Source of the DNA: Candidatus Doudnabacteria bacterium RIFCSPHIGHO2_01_FULL_46_14
GTDB taxonomy: Bacteria > Patescibacteriota > Doudnabacteria > UBA920 > 2-01-FULL-46-14
Assembly (NCBI GenBank): GCA_001779925.1
Contig: MFEK01000016.1
Span: 142,504-206,503 of the forward strand
Reading direction: 5' to 3'
Length of the DNA: 64,000 nt
The notes below the pieces were generated by a model, which was given only the letters and a program-made list of their open reading frames with translations, ran no database searches and was not told where the DNA came from. Positions 37,706 through 48,015 of the stretch are shown piece by piece (within the stretch, counting starts at the first letter, position 1; every line of letters starts with the position of its first letter). A program made the translations under genes and the position numbers.

Positions 37706-40700
37706 ATGTTTACCAAAAGCGCTGAATTTAAAGCGGTACAGGTCAAAATCGCCTCTAGCGAGCAGATTTTAAATTGGTCTTACGGCGAGGTTACCAAGCC
37801 GGAGACCATTAACTACCGTACCCAGCGTCCGGAAAAAGACGGTCTATTTGACGAGAAAATTTTTGGACCGGTACGCGATTGGGAGTGCTACTGTGGTAAA
37901 TATAAACGCATCCGCTACAAAGGCATTATTTGTGACAAATGCGGGGTTGAAGTCACTAGGGCGCAGGTTCGCCGCGAGCGCATGGGACATATCAAACTGG
38001 CCGTGCCGGTGGCGCACATTTGGTTTTTGCGCGGCGTGCCATCCAGGCTCGGTTTGACTTTAAATCTTTCTGTCCAGGAATTGGAAAAAGTTATTTATTT
38101 TGCCTCCTACGTTATTACCGAGGTTCGCGAAGACATCCGTACCGAAACCCTCGATCAGATTGAAAAAGAGTTTAAGATCAAAAAAAAGGAAATCGAAAGC
38201 AAATACGAAAAATTGATTGCCAAAGCTAGAACCGCCAAGCCTGCGGCCGGGCAGAATGCGGATGTTTTTGCCGCACAGATCGACACTGATCTTGCCAAGC
38301 TTCAGGAAAATCTCAAGCACGACATTTCCGCTCTGGAAAAAATCCGCGATTTGGCGCGTTCAGAGCTCAAATCCTTGAAAAAAATGCAGGTTATCTCAGA
38401 GTTGGAATATCGGGATTTGTCTCTGAAATACGGTCCGGTTTTCAAAGCCGGCATCGGCGCGGAAGCGATTTTCAATCTTGTTAAAAGCGTGGATATGGAA
38501 AAGCTCATTATTGAGCTTGAGGCCGAGGTGCTGAATACTGAAGGAGCGGCTTACCGCAAAGCCATAAAAAGGTTGAAACTGATAAAATCTTTGGTCAAAG
38601 GCGGTATGCGCCCCGAGTGGATGATGATTTCCAATTTGCCGGTTATCCCTCCGGATCTGCGGCCCATGGTCCAGCTCGACGGCGGCCGGTTTGCGGCTTC
38701 AGATCTCAATGATCTTTACCGCCGGGTCATAAACCGCAACAACCGTCTCAAGCGTCTTTTGGAAATAAATGCGCCTGAGGTCATCACTAGAAACGAAAAA
38801 CGCATGCTTCAGGAAGCGGTTGACGCGCTTATCGACAACTCGGTGCGGCACGGTAAAGAAGTAACGGCTTCTACTGGCCAGCGCCGCAAACTGCGTTCGC
38901 TTGCGGACATGCTCAAAGGCAAACAAGGCCGGTTCCGCCAAAACCTCTTGGGCAAGCGCGTGGATTATTCCGGGCGCAGTGTTATTGTGGTTGGACCAGA
39001 GCTCAAATTGCATCAGTGCGGCTTGCCGAAGCGCATGGCCTTGGAGCTTTTTAAACCGTTTGTTATTTCCAAACTCATCGCCCGCGAATTTGCGCATAAT
39101 GTACGCTCGGCAAACCGGCTCATTGAACAGGAACGGGCTGAAGTTTACGATATCCTGGAAGAAGTCACTAAGGATCACTATGTCCTCCTAAACCGCGCTC
39201 CTACCCTGCATCGTTTGGGTTTTCAGGCTTTCCAACCAGTGCTCATTGAAGGTAAAGCTATTCAGATCCACCCCATGGTTTGTCAGGCGTTTAATGCGGA
39301 TTTTGACGGCGACCAAATGGCTGTGCATGTGCCGCTGACCAGCCAGGCGCAGTTTGAAGCCAAAGAAATGATGTCCTCCTCCCGCAATTTGTTAAAACCG
39401 GCTTCCGGCGAACCGATCATGACCCCGGATAAAGACGTAGTGCTCGGCTGTTATTATATTACGAGGATGCAGGATGGACTTGTCGGCGAGGGTAAAATTT
39501 TTGCTGACCCGCAGGAAGCGATTCTTGCTGAAAAATCCGGAATTATTTCCATCAAAGCGAAGGTCAAGGTGAGAATGAATGGTAAAATCGTGGAAACATG
39601 CGTGGGCCGGATTTTGTTCAACCAGATTTTACCTGAGGAAATGCAGTTCTTAAACGAAGTCATGGACAAAAAGCGCTTGCGTAATGTTCTGCGCGAATGT
39701 TACCGCCAGTTTGGCACTGACCGGACCGCAGTGCTCATTGATGACATTAAGCAAATGGGGTTTGCCCACCTGACCGTTTCCGGCCTTTCCTGGGGCATGG
39801 ATGACCTCCAAGTCCCAGCCATGAAAAAGGGCCTTCTGGATAAAGCCGATGAAGAAGTGCAGCGTACCTATGACCAATACCGCGAAGGGCTTTTGACTGA
39901 ATCAGAGCGCTACAATCGAGTGGTAGAGATTTGGGCGGAGGTTAGAGACAAGGTTACAGACGAGGTCAGCCGTTCGCTTGATCAAAATGGCTCAGTGTTT
40001 TCCATGGTGTCCTCGGGCGCCAGAGGTTCTCTCTCTCAGGTTTCCCAGATGACAGGAATGAAGGGGCTCGTGGTTAACCCGGCCGGGGATGTTATTGAAC
40101 TGCCGGTCCGAGACAGCTTTAAAGAAGGCCTTTCGATTTTGGAATATTTTATTTCCACTCACGGCTCGCGAAAAGGCATGTCAGACACAGCTCTGCGTAC
40201 TGCGGATGCCGGATATTTGACACGCCGCCTCGTGGACGTTTCACAGGACGTTGTGGTAAACGAAGAAGACTGTGGCACCCGAGAGGGCGTTACCATTACC
40301 CGTAAGGAAACCGAAGAGGTTGGTAAAGGCCTTGGGGAAAGGATTTTCGGACGCGTTTTGGCAGTCGATATGGTAGATGAAAAGACCAAAAAAGCGGTAC
40401 TGAAGCGCGGCCAGGTTATAGATGATACTTTGGTTAAAACCGTAGATTCTGCAAATGTGAGCGAGGTGCTGGTGCGCTCGGTTATGAACTGCACGCTCAA
40501 ACGCGGCGTATGCGCGGCGTGTTACGGCTTTGATCTCGGGTTTAACAAAATGGTCAATCTCGGAGCCGCGGTTGGGATCGTGGCGGCGCAGGCCATTGGT
40601 GAACCAGGCACCCAGTTGACCATGAGAACTTTCCATACTGGTGGCGTAGCCGGGCTAGACATCACCCAAGGTCTGCCGCGCGTCGAGGAACTATTTGAAG

Positions 40701-41599
40701 CGCGCGATCCGAAAGGCCAGGCAGTCATTTCCGAAATAGATGGCATTGTTTACATTAGCCGACCTAACAGCAAAGAGATTATTTTGCGTGTGGATGCTGA
40801 GAATATCAAGAAAGATGAATACCTCCTGCCGACTGGCCAGGCTATCCAGCTGACGGAAGGCGAAAAGGTGAAAAAAGGCGAGCCGATCGCCATAGATGCA
40901 GATGGCAAGACCATGAAAGCCAAAGAATCGGGTATTGTGCGCATTGAAATGACAGAGGATGGGGGTAAAAAGATCGTGGTAGTTAGGGAGAATGAGAATT
41001 TCAACGAATACATTATTCCTTCCGCCATGCACCTTACTGTCAAAGACGGCGATCTGGTAATCCGCGGGCAGCAGCTTACTGAGGGAAACCTCAACCTGCA
41101 TCAGCTTATGCAGCTTCGAGGCACGCTGGAATGCCAAGCATATATAATCCGCGAGGTGCAAAAAATATATTCTTCCCAAGGCCAAAACATTGCTGACAAG
41201 CACGTGGAAATCATTGTCCGGCAAATGTTTTCCAAACTGCGCATTACGGATTCCGGGGATTCGGATTTCCTGGTCGGCGACGTTGTCGATCGCCTGCGCC
41301 TCGATGCGGTAAACGAACAGCTTGTCAGCCGCGGCGTAAAAAAAGCCGCTGCAGAACAGCTACTTATGGGGATTACCAAATCCTCGCTCAATACAGAATC
41401 ATTCCTCGCGGCCGCGTCTTTCCAGGAAACCACTCGCGTGTTAATAGAAGCTGCGGTGAGCGCGAAAACCGATTATCTGCGCGGCCTGAAGGAAAACGTG
41501 ATTATCGGCAAGCTCATCCCGGCCGGCACCGGTTTTTCCAAAGACCGCCTCATCGACCCCGGCGCCCTCGACGAAACTGTGATCAATACTGAAGAATAA
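37706..41599 (+). CDS. rpoC: RNA polymerase beta' subunit
   Basis: Zn finger CYCGKY...CDKCGV, NADFDGD catalytic motif, GEPGTQLTMRTFH. Confidence 0.99.
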   Translation: MFTKSAEFKAVQVKIASSEQILNWSYGEVTKPETINYRTQRPEKDGLFDEKIFGPVRDWECYCGKYKRIRYKGIICDKCGVEVTRAQVRRERMGHIKLAVPVAHIWFLRGVPSRLGLTLNLSVQELEKVIYFASYVITEVREDIRTETLDQIEKEFKIKKKEIESKYEKLIAKARTAKPAAGQNADVFAAQIDTDLAKLQENLKHDISALEKIRDLARSELKSLKKMQVISELEYRDLSLKYGPVFKAGIGAEAIFNLVKSVDMEKLIIELEAEVLNTEGAAYRKAIKRLKLIKSLVKGGMRPEWMMISNLPVIPPDLRPMVQLDGGRFAASDLNDLYRRVINRNNRLKRLLEINAPEVITRNEKRMLQEAVDALIDNSVRHGKEVTASTGQRRKLRSLADMLKGKQGRFRQNLLGKRVDYSGRSVIVVGPELKLHQCGLPKRMALELFKPFVISKLIAREFAHNVRSANRLIEQERAEVYDILEEVTKDHYVLLNRAPTLHRLGFQAFQPVLIEGKAIQIHPMVCQAFNADFDGDQMAVHVPLTSQAQFEAKEMMSSSRNLLKPASGEPIMTPDKDVVLGCYYITRMQDGLVGEGKIFADPQEAILAEKSGIISIKAKVKVRMNGKIVETCVGRILFNQILPEEMQFLNEVMDKKRLRNVLRECYRQFGTDRTAVLIDDIKQMGFAHLTVSGLSWGMDDLQVPAMKKGLLDKADEEVQRTYDQYREGLLTESERYNRVVEIWAEVRDKVTDEVSRSLDQNGSVFSMVSSGARGSLSQVSQMTGMKGLVVNPAGDVIELPVRDSFKEGLSILEYFISTHGSRKGMSDTALRTADAGYLTRRLVDVSQDVVVNEEDCGTREGVTITRKETEEVGKGLGERIFGRVLAVDMVDEKTKKAVLKRGQVIDDTLVKTVDSANVSEVLVRSVMNCTLKRGVCAACYGFDLGFNKMVNLGAAVGIVAAQAIGEPGTQLTMRTFHTGGVAGLDITQGLPRVEELFEARDPKGQAVISEIDGIVYISRPNSKEIILRVDAENIKKDEYLLPTGQAIQLTEGEKVKKGEPIAIDADGKTMKAKESGIVRIEMTEDGGKKIVVVRENENFNEYIIPSAMHLTVKDGDLVIRGQQLTEGNLNLHQLMQLRGTLECQAYIIREVQKIYSSQGQNIADKHVEIIVRQMFSKLRITDSGDSDFLVGDVVDRLRLDAVNEQLVSRGVKKAAAEQLLMGITKSSLNTESFLAAASFQETTRVLIEAAVSAKTDYLRGLKENVIIGKLIPAGTGFSKDRLIDPGALDETVINTEE

Positions 41600-41601
41600 T
41601 C

Positions 41602-41628
41602 AAATCCCCTCGCAAGAGGGGATTTTTT
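41602..41628 (+). terminator. rpoBC terminator
   Basis: AAATCCCCTC-GCAA-GAGGGGATTT followed by T-run. Confidence 0.85.
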
Positions 41629-41674
41629 ACGCAGGCTCTTGACAAAATGGTGAACAATCGTTTACCATAAAAAT

Positions 41675-42679
41675 ATGAAGAATCAAGAGAAACCAAAAGG
41701 TGAAATCATCATTTATAAGGCTGCGACCGGCCCAGAAATTCAAGTAAAACTTGAGAATGATACTGTTTGGCTGTCCCAAAAGCAAATAGCAGGTCTTTTT
41801 GGCACAGAGCGATCAGTTATTACAAAACACCTTAGAAATATCTTTAAAACCGCAGAATTAAGCCAAAATTCAGTATGTGCATTTTTTGCACATACTGCCG
41901 CGGATGGGAAAACTTATAAAACTCAATATTACAATTTGGACGCTGTTATATCTGTTGGCTATCGGGTCAATTCCAAGCTGGCTACAGAGTTTCGTATTTG
42001 GGCTACCCAACGGTTGCGCGACTATATCATCAAAGGGTTTGTTATAAACGAGAAACGTCTCCCAGAGGCGCATGTCACCAAGCTCAAAGAGCTTGAGACT
42101 GCCCACAAACTCATCCAGCAAGCTTTGGAATCCAAGCGTTCCAAGGGATATGAGCGGGAATTGCTGAACATCATTTCTGATTATGCCAATACCTGGTTTG
42201 TTTTGAATTTGTACGATGAACAGAAGCTGAAGATCGAAAATGTCACTGAGAAAAAGAGCAGAGGGTTGGTCTATGATGAAGTGCTCGGTAATATTAAAAA
42301 ATTCCGCGCTCGTCTACAGGCGCAAAAGCAAGCCACGGATTTGTTCGGGGTGGAGGTCAGCCACAAGCTGTCCTCGATCGTTGGCGGCATTGAGCAGACG
42401 TTCGGCGGCAAATCACTTTATAAGAGCCTGGAAGAGAAAGCCGCGCACCTGCTGTATTTCGTGATCAAAGACCACCCGTTTGTGGACGGCAATAAGCGTA
42501 TTGGCTCTTTGTTGTTTTTGCTGTACCTCATTCAAAACCACATGTTCTATAACCGCCGCGGCGAACGCAAAATCAATGACACGGCACTGGTTGCTTTGGC
42601 ATTGCTTATCGCCGAATCCAAACCCGAGCAAAAAGACATCATGGTAAAGCTTGTGGTAAATTTGATAAATAAGAAATAA
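41675..42679 (+). CDS. RhuM-family DNA-binding domain fused to a Fic/Doc domain
   Basis: 'TVWLSQKQIAGLF', 'YNLDAVISVGYRVNS...FRIWA'; Fic motif HPFVDGNKRIG. Confidence 0.9.
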   Translation: MKNQEKPKGEIIIYKAATGPEIQVKLENDTVWLSQKQIAGLFGTERSVITKHLRNIFKTAELSQNSVCAFFAHTAADGKTYKTQYYNLDAVISVGYRVNSKLATEFRIWATQRLRDYIIKGFVINEKRLPEAHVTKLKELETAHKLIQQALESKRSKGYERELLNIISDYANTWFVLNLYDEQKLKIENVTEKKSRGLVYDEVLGNIKKFRARLQAQKQATDLFGVEVSHKLSSIVGGIEQTFGGKSLYKSLEEKAAHLLYFVIKDHPFVDGNKRIGSLLFLLYLIQNHMFYNRRGERKINDTALVALALLIAESKPEQKDIMVKLVVNLINKK

Positions 42680-42683
42680 ATTT

Positions 42684-42977
42684 ATGCTCAAATTTATTTT
42701 AGGAATCATAATCGGCGCGGTTATTGTCTGGTTTCTTTTTAAGAAGTCCGCGGCAGGCAAGGCTGTGAACCCAGAGCAGATCGAGGAGAAACAAAAGAAC
42801 CTGGAAAAGATAATGGACATGGCCCATGCCCGCGGCAAGGTTGCCAACGATGAAGTAGAAAAAGCCTTAGGCATTTCCGATCGGACCGCGACCAGGTATC
42901 TGGAGGAGCTCGAAAGCCAAGGCAAGATCCAGCAAGTCGGCCGTACTGGCAAATCCGTCACCTACCGCCCCCGCTAA
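42684..42977 (+). CDS. membrane-anchored winged-HTH protein
   Basis: N-terminal TM; 'NDEVEKALGISDRTATRYLEELE...GKSVTY'. Confidence 0.8.
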   Translation: MLKFILGIIIGAVIVWFLFKKSAAGKAVNPEQIEEKQKNLEKIMDMAHARGKVANDEVEKALGISDRTATRYLEELESQGKIQQVGRTGKSVTYRPR

Positions 42978-43162
42978 ACCCGCCAACCGCACTTGGCGGG
43001 TTAAAGGTGGCCCAAAAGCCATCTTTCATTTTGGCCTATTTGCAAAAAAGCTGTTGACGGAAACGCTAAAACATGCGATAATTGGGTGTCTTTTTCAATC
43101 CTGAAATTTGACGATACCCTAGCCACGGGCAGTGGTAATTTCAGTATGAATTTGGAGGATTC

Positions 43163-43465
43163 ATGGGACAAATTGGAAACGATCGAAAGATTGAGACCAA
43201 GAGCTTTTTTAAGGGCAAACTTCGGAGTGTCGGACCGATCGGTGCTGATGGATTGAAGCGTTATACGGTCGGCATATTTCTGCCGCGCCAATATGAGTTC
43301 ACAGCAGACACACGGGGCGAAACTATCGTCATCGTGGACGGAACCTGCACTATCAATGGTCAGGTGCTGAAAGCCGGCGAGAAGATTTTCATTTCCGGTG
43401 GCGAGAAGGTTGTAATCGAAGCCACGGAAACCTGCGCATACTTCTGCTGGTTCGGCCAGCGATAA
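43163..43465 (+). CDS. PpnP/DUF1255-like nucleoside phosphorylase (cupin fold)
   Basis: 'FFKGKLRS', 'TVGIFLP..YEF', 'E.IVIVDG', 'AYFCWF' resemble YaiE/PpnP. Confidence 0.6.
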   Translation: MGQIGNDRKIETKSFFKGKLRSVGPIGADGLKRYTVGIFLPRQYEFTADTRGETIVIVDGTCTINGQVLKAGEKIFISGGEKVVIEATETCAYFCWFGQR

Positions 43466-43497
43466 CAGTCCGGATATCAAACCGGAAAGGAGAAATC

Positions 43498-44967
43498 ATG
43501 AAAGTTGTTTTTGTTGAACATCCTTGTCCGGTTCTGCTCCTCGGCAACGAGCCTTGGAGTCCGGTCCGGACAAATACCTGGCCGCAAAGCCAAATGACGC
43601 TTGCGGCAGCGATCGCGAACGAACATGATGTTTCGATTCTCGATTTGCGTAGCCTGGAGTCACCAGCCGATTGGCGTCGACAAATCGGTCCAGAGTATTT
43701 GGAACCGATTCGCTACAGTGAATCCATTCTCCTTACCCGGCACCTTATAGGTGACTGCAAACGGATTTCGGATCATCCAGCCGACGCATTTGTTTTTACG
43801 GCGAATTTCACATCGGAAGCGAATGCGGTAGTAGAAGCAATTCGAACTGCGAAACTTAGCTGGCCTGAAGCGCTCATCCTCGTCGGAGGAAGCGACGCGA
43901 GTCCGGAAGAGAGGCATGCGTTTTATTTTAATGCAGGAGCTGATTACATCGGCGTCGGAGACGGGGATACAGCGTTGCCGGTATTTCTCGATCAAATCAA
44001 GAAAGGCCATCGTCCGAACGAGAGAATCATCAGGGGAGGCTCAGCTGGCGTTAACCTGTTAAACTCTAATTTCTCGTTAGTGCAAAAAGCACGATATGTG
44101 GAAAGCGGCGGCGGGCCAATTCATCCGGGCATTTTTCGAAATGGCGGATTTGCAGTTTACACAGAAATTTCCCGAGGTTGTTCTCGTGAATGCTGGTTCT
44201 GTTCGGCAAGAATGACTGATCTCTGGTCTCCGCCCATTGACGAGGTCCTGAAACATTTGGATCATATCATCGACAGCGGCTGTCGATTGCTTATGTTCAG
44301 TGATGACAATCTGCTACTGGCTCGCAAGACCGAAGAACTCGTAACGATTTTCAGGCATATCCGAGAAAGACGGATCGCCTGGGAATTTCCAAACGGTTTG
44401 GAAGTCGGACTACTGATTGATTCCAAGAGAGGAGGTTTCAGCAAAGAGTTGTTTGAAACGCTCTTCTGGAATTCTGAAAGTTTGTCATTCTTCGGTGCCC
44501 ACCGGTTGCTCGTACCAATTGAGGATGCGCTTTTGCACAGGAGCGCGCTCAGAAAGCTCAAAAACGTTCAAGTGCAGATACGCGGGTTGCTTGAGCGGTT
44601 GCTCGATACGGGGATTCCGTTTTTGAACCTCGCCATTATGATTGGCGGTGTTCAAGAATCGCGAGATGACCGCGAGCGCTTGGAAGATAGTCTGGAGTTG
44701 ATTAACAGATGGACCCATAGCTCAAAAACCCGAGTCAATTTTTCGATCTTCTGCACAAGCCCGCTCCCTGGGACAGGACTCGGAAGAGCCGCGCTGAAAT
44801 CAAAGAAGCGTCTCTCTCATAACATTGAGGAAGCCCCTGAACTCTGGACAGTCTTCGCTTCGATTCTCAACGGGGACAATTTCACTGCCGAGCAGACAAC
44901 ACAGTATCGGCGAAAATTGCTCCGACGTTTCCACATGTCACAAGATGAAGGCAAGGTCAGGTCATAA
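43498..44967 (+). CDS. cobalamin-binding-type radical SAM protein
   Basis: SRGCSRECWFC (CxxxCxxC), 'ILVGG...GDGD' B12-binding-like region, FSDDNL, PLPGT. Confidence 0.85.
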   Translation: MKVVFVEHPCPVLLLGNEPWSPVRTNTWPQSQMTLAAAIANEHDVSILDLRSLESPADWRRQIGPEYLEPIRYSESILLTRHLIGDCKRISDHPADAFVFTANFTSEANAVVEAIRTAKLSWPEALILVGGSDASPEERHAFYFNAGADYIGVGDGDTALPVFLDQIKKGHRPNERIIRGGSAGVNLLNSNFSLVQKARYVESGGGPIHPGIFRNGGFAVYTEISRGCSRECWFCSARMTDLWSPPIDEVLKHLDHIIDSGCRLLMFSDDNLLLARKTEELVTIFRHIRERRIAWEFPNGLEVGLLIDSKRGGFSKELFETLFWNSESLSFFGAHRLLVPIEDALLHRSALRKLKNVQVQIRGLLERLLDTGIPFLNLAIMIGGVQESRDDRERLEDSLELINRWTHSSKTRVNFSIFCTSPLPGTGLGRAALKSKKRLSHNIEEAPELWTVFASILNGDNFTAEQTTQYRRKLLRRFHMSQDEGKVRS

Positions 44968-45041
44968 CCTGACAGCCATGCATCAAAAGCTCGACGATTC
45001 GTTCGCCGAGCTTTTTTTATTCCAGCTTTTTTGAGTTTGGC

Positions 45042-45332
45042 CTATTTCACGAACAGTCCGGGGAGAGGGAGAAAAATTGGGAAAGTGATAAGGATAAACA
45101 CTGCGACCGCAATGGCCAAAGATTTACGATCGTTATGGCTCAATGCGAGTATTGCCGTTACTGCGCACATGAGCCAGCCGGCTAGTTGCGCGGCAATGAC
45201 TAGGATCCACAAAATGACCCCTGGCCCTCCATCTATAACCGGAGTATACCCTCCAAGCAAGAGATTGCCTGCGATATGGATAATGAATACAACGACTCCC
45301 GCTACGACAAGCCTTTTCTGTGTTTTGTTCAT
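45042..45332 (-). CDS. small membrane protein
   Basis: Three TM segments, directly downstream of valS. Confidence 0.65.
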   Translation of the reverse strand: MNKTQKRLVVAGVVVFIIHIAGNLLLGGYTPVIDGGPGVILWILVIAAQLAGWLMCAVTAILALSHNDRKSLAIAVAVFILITFPIFLPLPGLFVK

Positions 45333-45339
45333 AGAAAAT

Positions 45340-48015
45340 TTATTTTAATTGTTTGACTTTGGCTTTGAGGGTTTTGACTTTGGTTTCGGCGGCTGACAGG
45401 TCTGCCTGCATTTTTTCTACTATTTCTTTCGGGGCTTTTTTCAGAAAGCCTTTATTTTTTACCTGAGTAGAGATTTTTTTGACATAGCTTTCTGCCTCTT
45501 TGAGCTGTTTTTCTGTGAGGGCGGCTTCTTTTTTGGAATCAAAATTGGGGATGACAAGGTAAATGCGGACGCCTTCCCAAAGAAAATACGGCATTTTGTG
45601 GGCATGGTCCATCACGGCAAAATTGAGCTTGGTTCTGGTGAGCTTTTCGATAACTGGGGTGTGATCTTTTATCCATTCGAGATCTTTGGGAATTTCTAAA
45701 TAGCTTGAATAAATTGGGGTGGACCCCAGACGGTATTCTGCCCGCAGGTTGCGCAGGCCAGTCACGAGTTCGCGCATAGCTTCAAAGAGCGGGCGGGCCG
45801 CGAATTTTTCTATTTTCTCCGGAACATGGGGGTAATCATCCACCATTAGCAGGCTTTTGGCCATCTGCGACCAGATGTGCTCAGTGACGAAAGGAATGAA
45901 AGGATGCCACAGTTTTAGAATATTAACCAGGAGGACATCGAGAACTTCTTTTTTATTGCCTTCGATTTTGGCAATTTCCAAATACCAATCCGCCAGATCA
46001 TCCCAGGTAAACCGCTGGAGTTCTTCCGCGGCTTGGCCATATTGGGAGTTTTCAAAATGGCGGTTGACCGCGGCTACTGTTTCATCCAGGCGATCAAGAA
46101 TCCAATGATCGGCAAGCGTTGATAACCCTCCCCCACCTCCCCTTACCTTAAGGGGAGGAGTCGAGAGAATGAATCTCGAGATATTCCAGAGCTTATTGAC
46201 GAAATTGCGGCCAGCCTCCACTTTGATTTCCGAAAATTTCATGTCATTTCCCGGCGTGTTGCCGAGCACCAGTGACAACCGCAGCGCGTCAGTGCCGTAT
46301 TTGGCCTGGATATCCAGCGGATCAATGCGATTGCCGCTCGATTTACTCATTTTTTTGCCCTCAATGTCGCGCACCAGCCCGTGCAGGTAGACGGTTTTGA
46401 AAGGAATATCGTTTAATAGAAACCCGGTCATCAGAACCATGCGCGCTACCCAGAAAAACAAAATATCATAGGCGGTTTCCAATACCACGGTAGGGTGATA
46501 GGTTTTTAAATCCGAGGTTTCCTGAGGCCAACCCAGCGTGGAAAAGGTCCATAGCCCGGAAGAAAACCAGGTATCAAGCGTGTCCTCGTCCTGTTTGAGG
46601 TTTGCGCCCTGGCATTTTGTGCAGGAAGCTGGGGGCTCCACGGCCACGATGGTTTCGGTGCAGTCCGGGCAGTACCAGACCGGAATGCGGTGGCCGTACC
46701 AGATTTGCCGCGAGATGGTCCAATCCCGCAGATTTTTCATCCACTCAAAATAGATTTTCTCGAAATGCTTGGGCACGATTTTGATAGCGCCCGATTTCAC
46801 CGCCGCAGTCATCATTTCCTTGAGGGTCGTCTTTTCCGGCAGTCTCAGATTTTTACTAAATTCTTTATTCTCTATTTTAAATTCTGCATTCACATTCACA
46901 AACCACTGCTTTGAAACAACCGGTTCCACCACAGTGCCGCAGCGGTAGCAGGTGCCGACGCGATGCTCAATCTCTTCGGTTTTTTCGATGAACTCCTTTT
47001 CATGGAGTTCCTGCACGATGCGGTTAAGCGCATCCTCTTTCGTAAGTCCCGCATAGTCGTCAAACCCATGATCCGCGGCTTCCTGCGCATCGATTTTGCC
47101 GTCTGCCGTGTAGAGGTGAATCATTTCCAGGCCGTGGCGTTTGGCAATTTCAAAATCATTATGGTCATGGCCGGGTGTGACTTTCATAGCTCCAGTGCCG
47201 AACGCTTTATCAATATGATCATCCGCGATAACCGGCACCTCGCGGTTCAAAAGCGGGAGCATGATGATCTTGCCGACATATTTTTTGTAGCGCGAATCGC
47301 CTGGGTTAACGGCCACGCCAGTGTCGCCAAGCATAGTTTCCGGACGGTTTGTCGCTACAACCAGGTAGTCTTCACTGTCTTTTACGGGATAACGCAGATA
47401 AAACATGTGACCTTTGGCTTGTTTGAAGCTGACCTCATCATCGGCCAGAGTCGAGCCGCAACGCGGGCACCAATTAACCATGCGTTCGCCGCGGTAGATG
47501 AGTCCGGCGTCATGCATTTTTTTGAAAGCCGTACGCACTGCCAGTGACAGCTCCGGGGACAACGTAAATTTTTCGCGCGTCCAATCGCAGGACGAGCCCA
47601 TTTTGCGGATCTGGTTTTGGATGCGCCCTTGGGTATGACTGACAAATTCTTCGATGCGCCTCAGAAGCTGCTCTCGGCCCAGGTCAGTCCGGGTTTTTTT
47701 CTCTTCTTCGAGAATTTTGCGTTCCACAACATTTTGGGTGGCAATGGCTGCGTGGTCAGTACCCGGTAGCCACAGAGCCTTGCGGCCCCGCATGCGCGCA
47801 TGGCGGGTCATAATATCCTGCAGAGTGATGAACAGGGCGCTTCCCAGGTGCAGTTCGGCTGTAACATTGGGCGGCGGCATGGCAATGGAGAACGGTTCGG
47901 CATTCCAAAACCGGTCCCCGGCTTTTTCTAGATTATCAGGATTGAAAAAGCCCGATTTTTCCCATTTCTCGTAGATTTTATCCTCAAATTCTTGTGGATT
48001 ATAGGCTTTGCTCAT
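45340..48015 (-). CDS. valS: valine--tRNA ligase
   Basis: PPPNVT, GTDHAAIATQ, ISRQIWYGHRIP, LDTWFSS, KMSKS, C-terminal coiled coil. Confidence 0.98.
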   Translation of the reverse strand: MSKAYNPQEFEDKIYEKWEKSGFFNPDNLEKAGDRFWNAEPFSIAMPPPNVTAELHLGSALFITLQDIMTRHARMRGRKALWLPGTDHAAIATQNVVERKILEEEKKTRTDLGREQLLRRIEEFVSHTQGRIQNQIRKMGSSCDWTREKFTLSPELSLAVRTAFKKMHDAGLIYRGERMVNWCPRCGSTLADDEVSFKQAKGHMFYLRYPVKDSEDYLVVATNRPETMLGDTGVAVNPGDSRYKKYVGKIIMLPLLNREVPVIADDHIDKAFGTGAMKVTPGHDHNDFEIAKRHGLEMIHLYTADGKIDAQEAADHGFDDYAGLTKEDALNRIVQELHEKEFIEKTEEIEHRVGTCYRCGTVVEPVVSKQWFVNVNAEFKIENKEFSKNLRLPEKTTLKEMMTAAVKSGAIKIVPKHFEKIYFEWMKNLRDWTISRQIWYGHRIPVWYCPDCTETIVAVEPPASCTKCQGANLKQDEDTLDTWFSSGLWTFSTLGWPQETSDLKTYHPTVVLETAYDILFFWVARMVLMTGFLLNDIPFKTVYLHGLVRDIEGKKMSKSSGNRIDPLDIQAKYGTDALRLSLVLGNTPGNDMKFSEIKVEAGRNFVNKLWNISRFILSTPPLKVRGGGGGLSTLADHWILDRLDETVAAVNRHFENSQYGQAAEELQRFTWDDLADWYLEIAKIEGNKKEVLDVLLVNILKLWHPFIPFVTEHIWSQMAKSLLMVDDYPHVPEKIEKFAARPLFEAMRELVTGLRNLRAEYRLGSTPIYSSYLEIPKDLEWIKDHTPVIEKLTRTKLNFAVMDHAHKMPYFLWEGVRIYLVIPNFDSKKEAALTEKQLKEAESYVKKISTQVKNKGFLKKAPKEIVEKMQADLSAAETKVKTLKAKVKQLK
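46123..46161. repeat. BoxC-like repeat in frame in valS
   Basis: TAACCCTCCCCCACCTCCCCTTACCTTAAGGGGAGGAGT; encodes TPPLKVRGGGGGL. Confidence 0.85.

Noticed and set aside
34885-41433. Numerous antisense or overlapping ORFs of 60-210 aa in rpoBC (also in ruvB, valS, the ABC exporter and the PBP)
   Set aside because: Shadow ORFs of well-conserved genes, with no motifs or initiation signals.
41602-41628. CCCCTC-GCAA-GAGGGG as a BoxC-like copy
   Set aside because: It lacks the third mirror arm and has a GNRA loop plus T-tract; better explained as the rpoC terminator.
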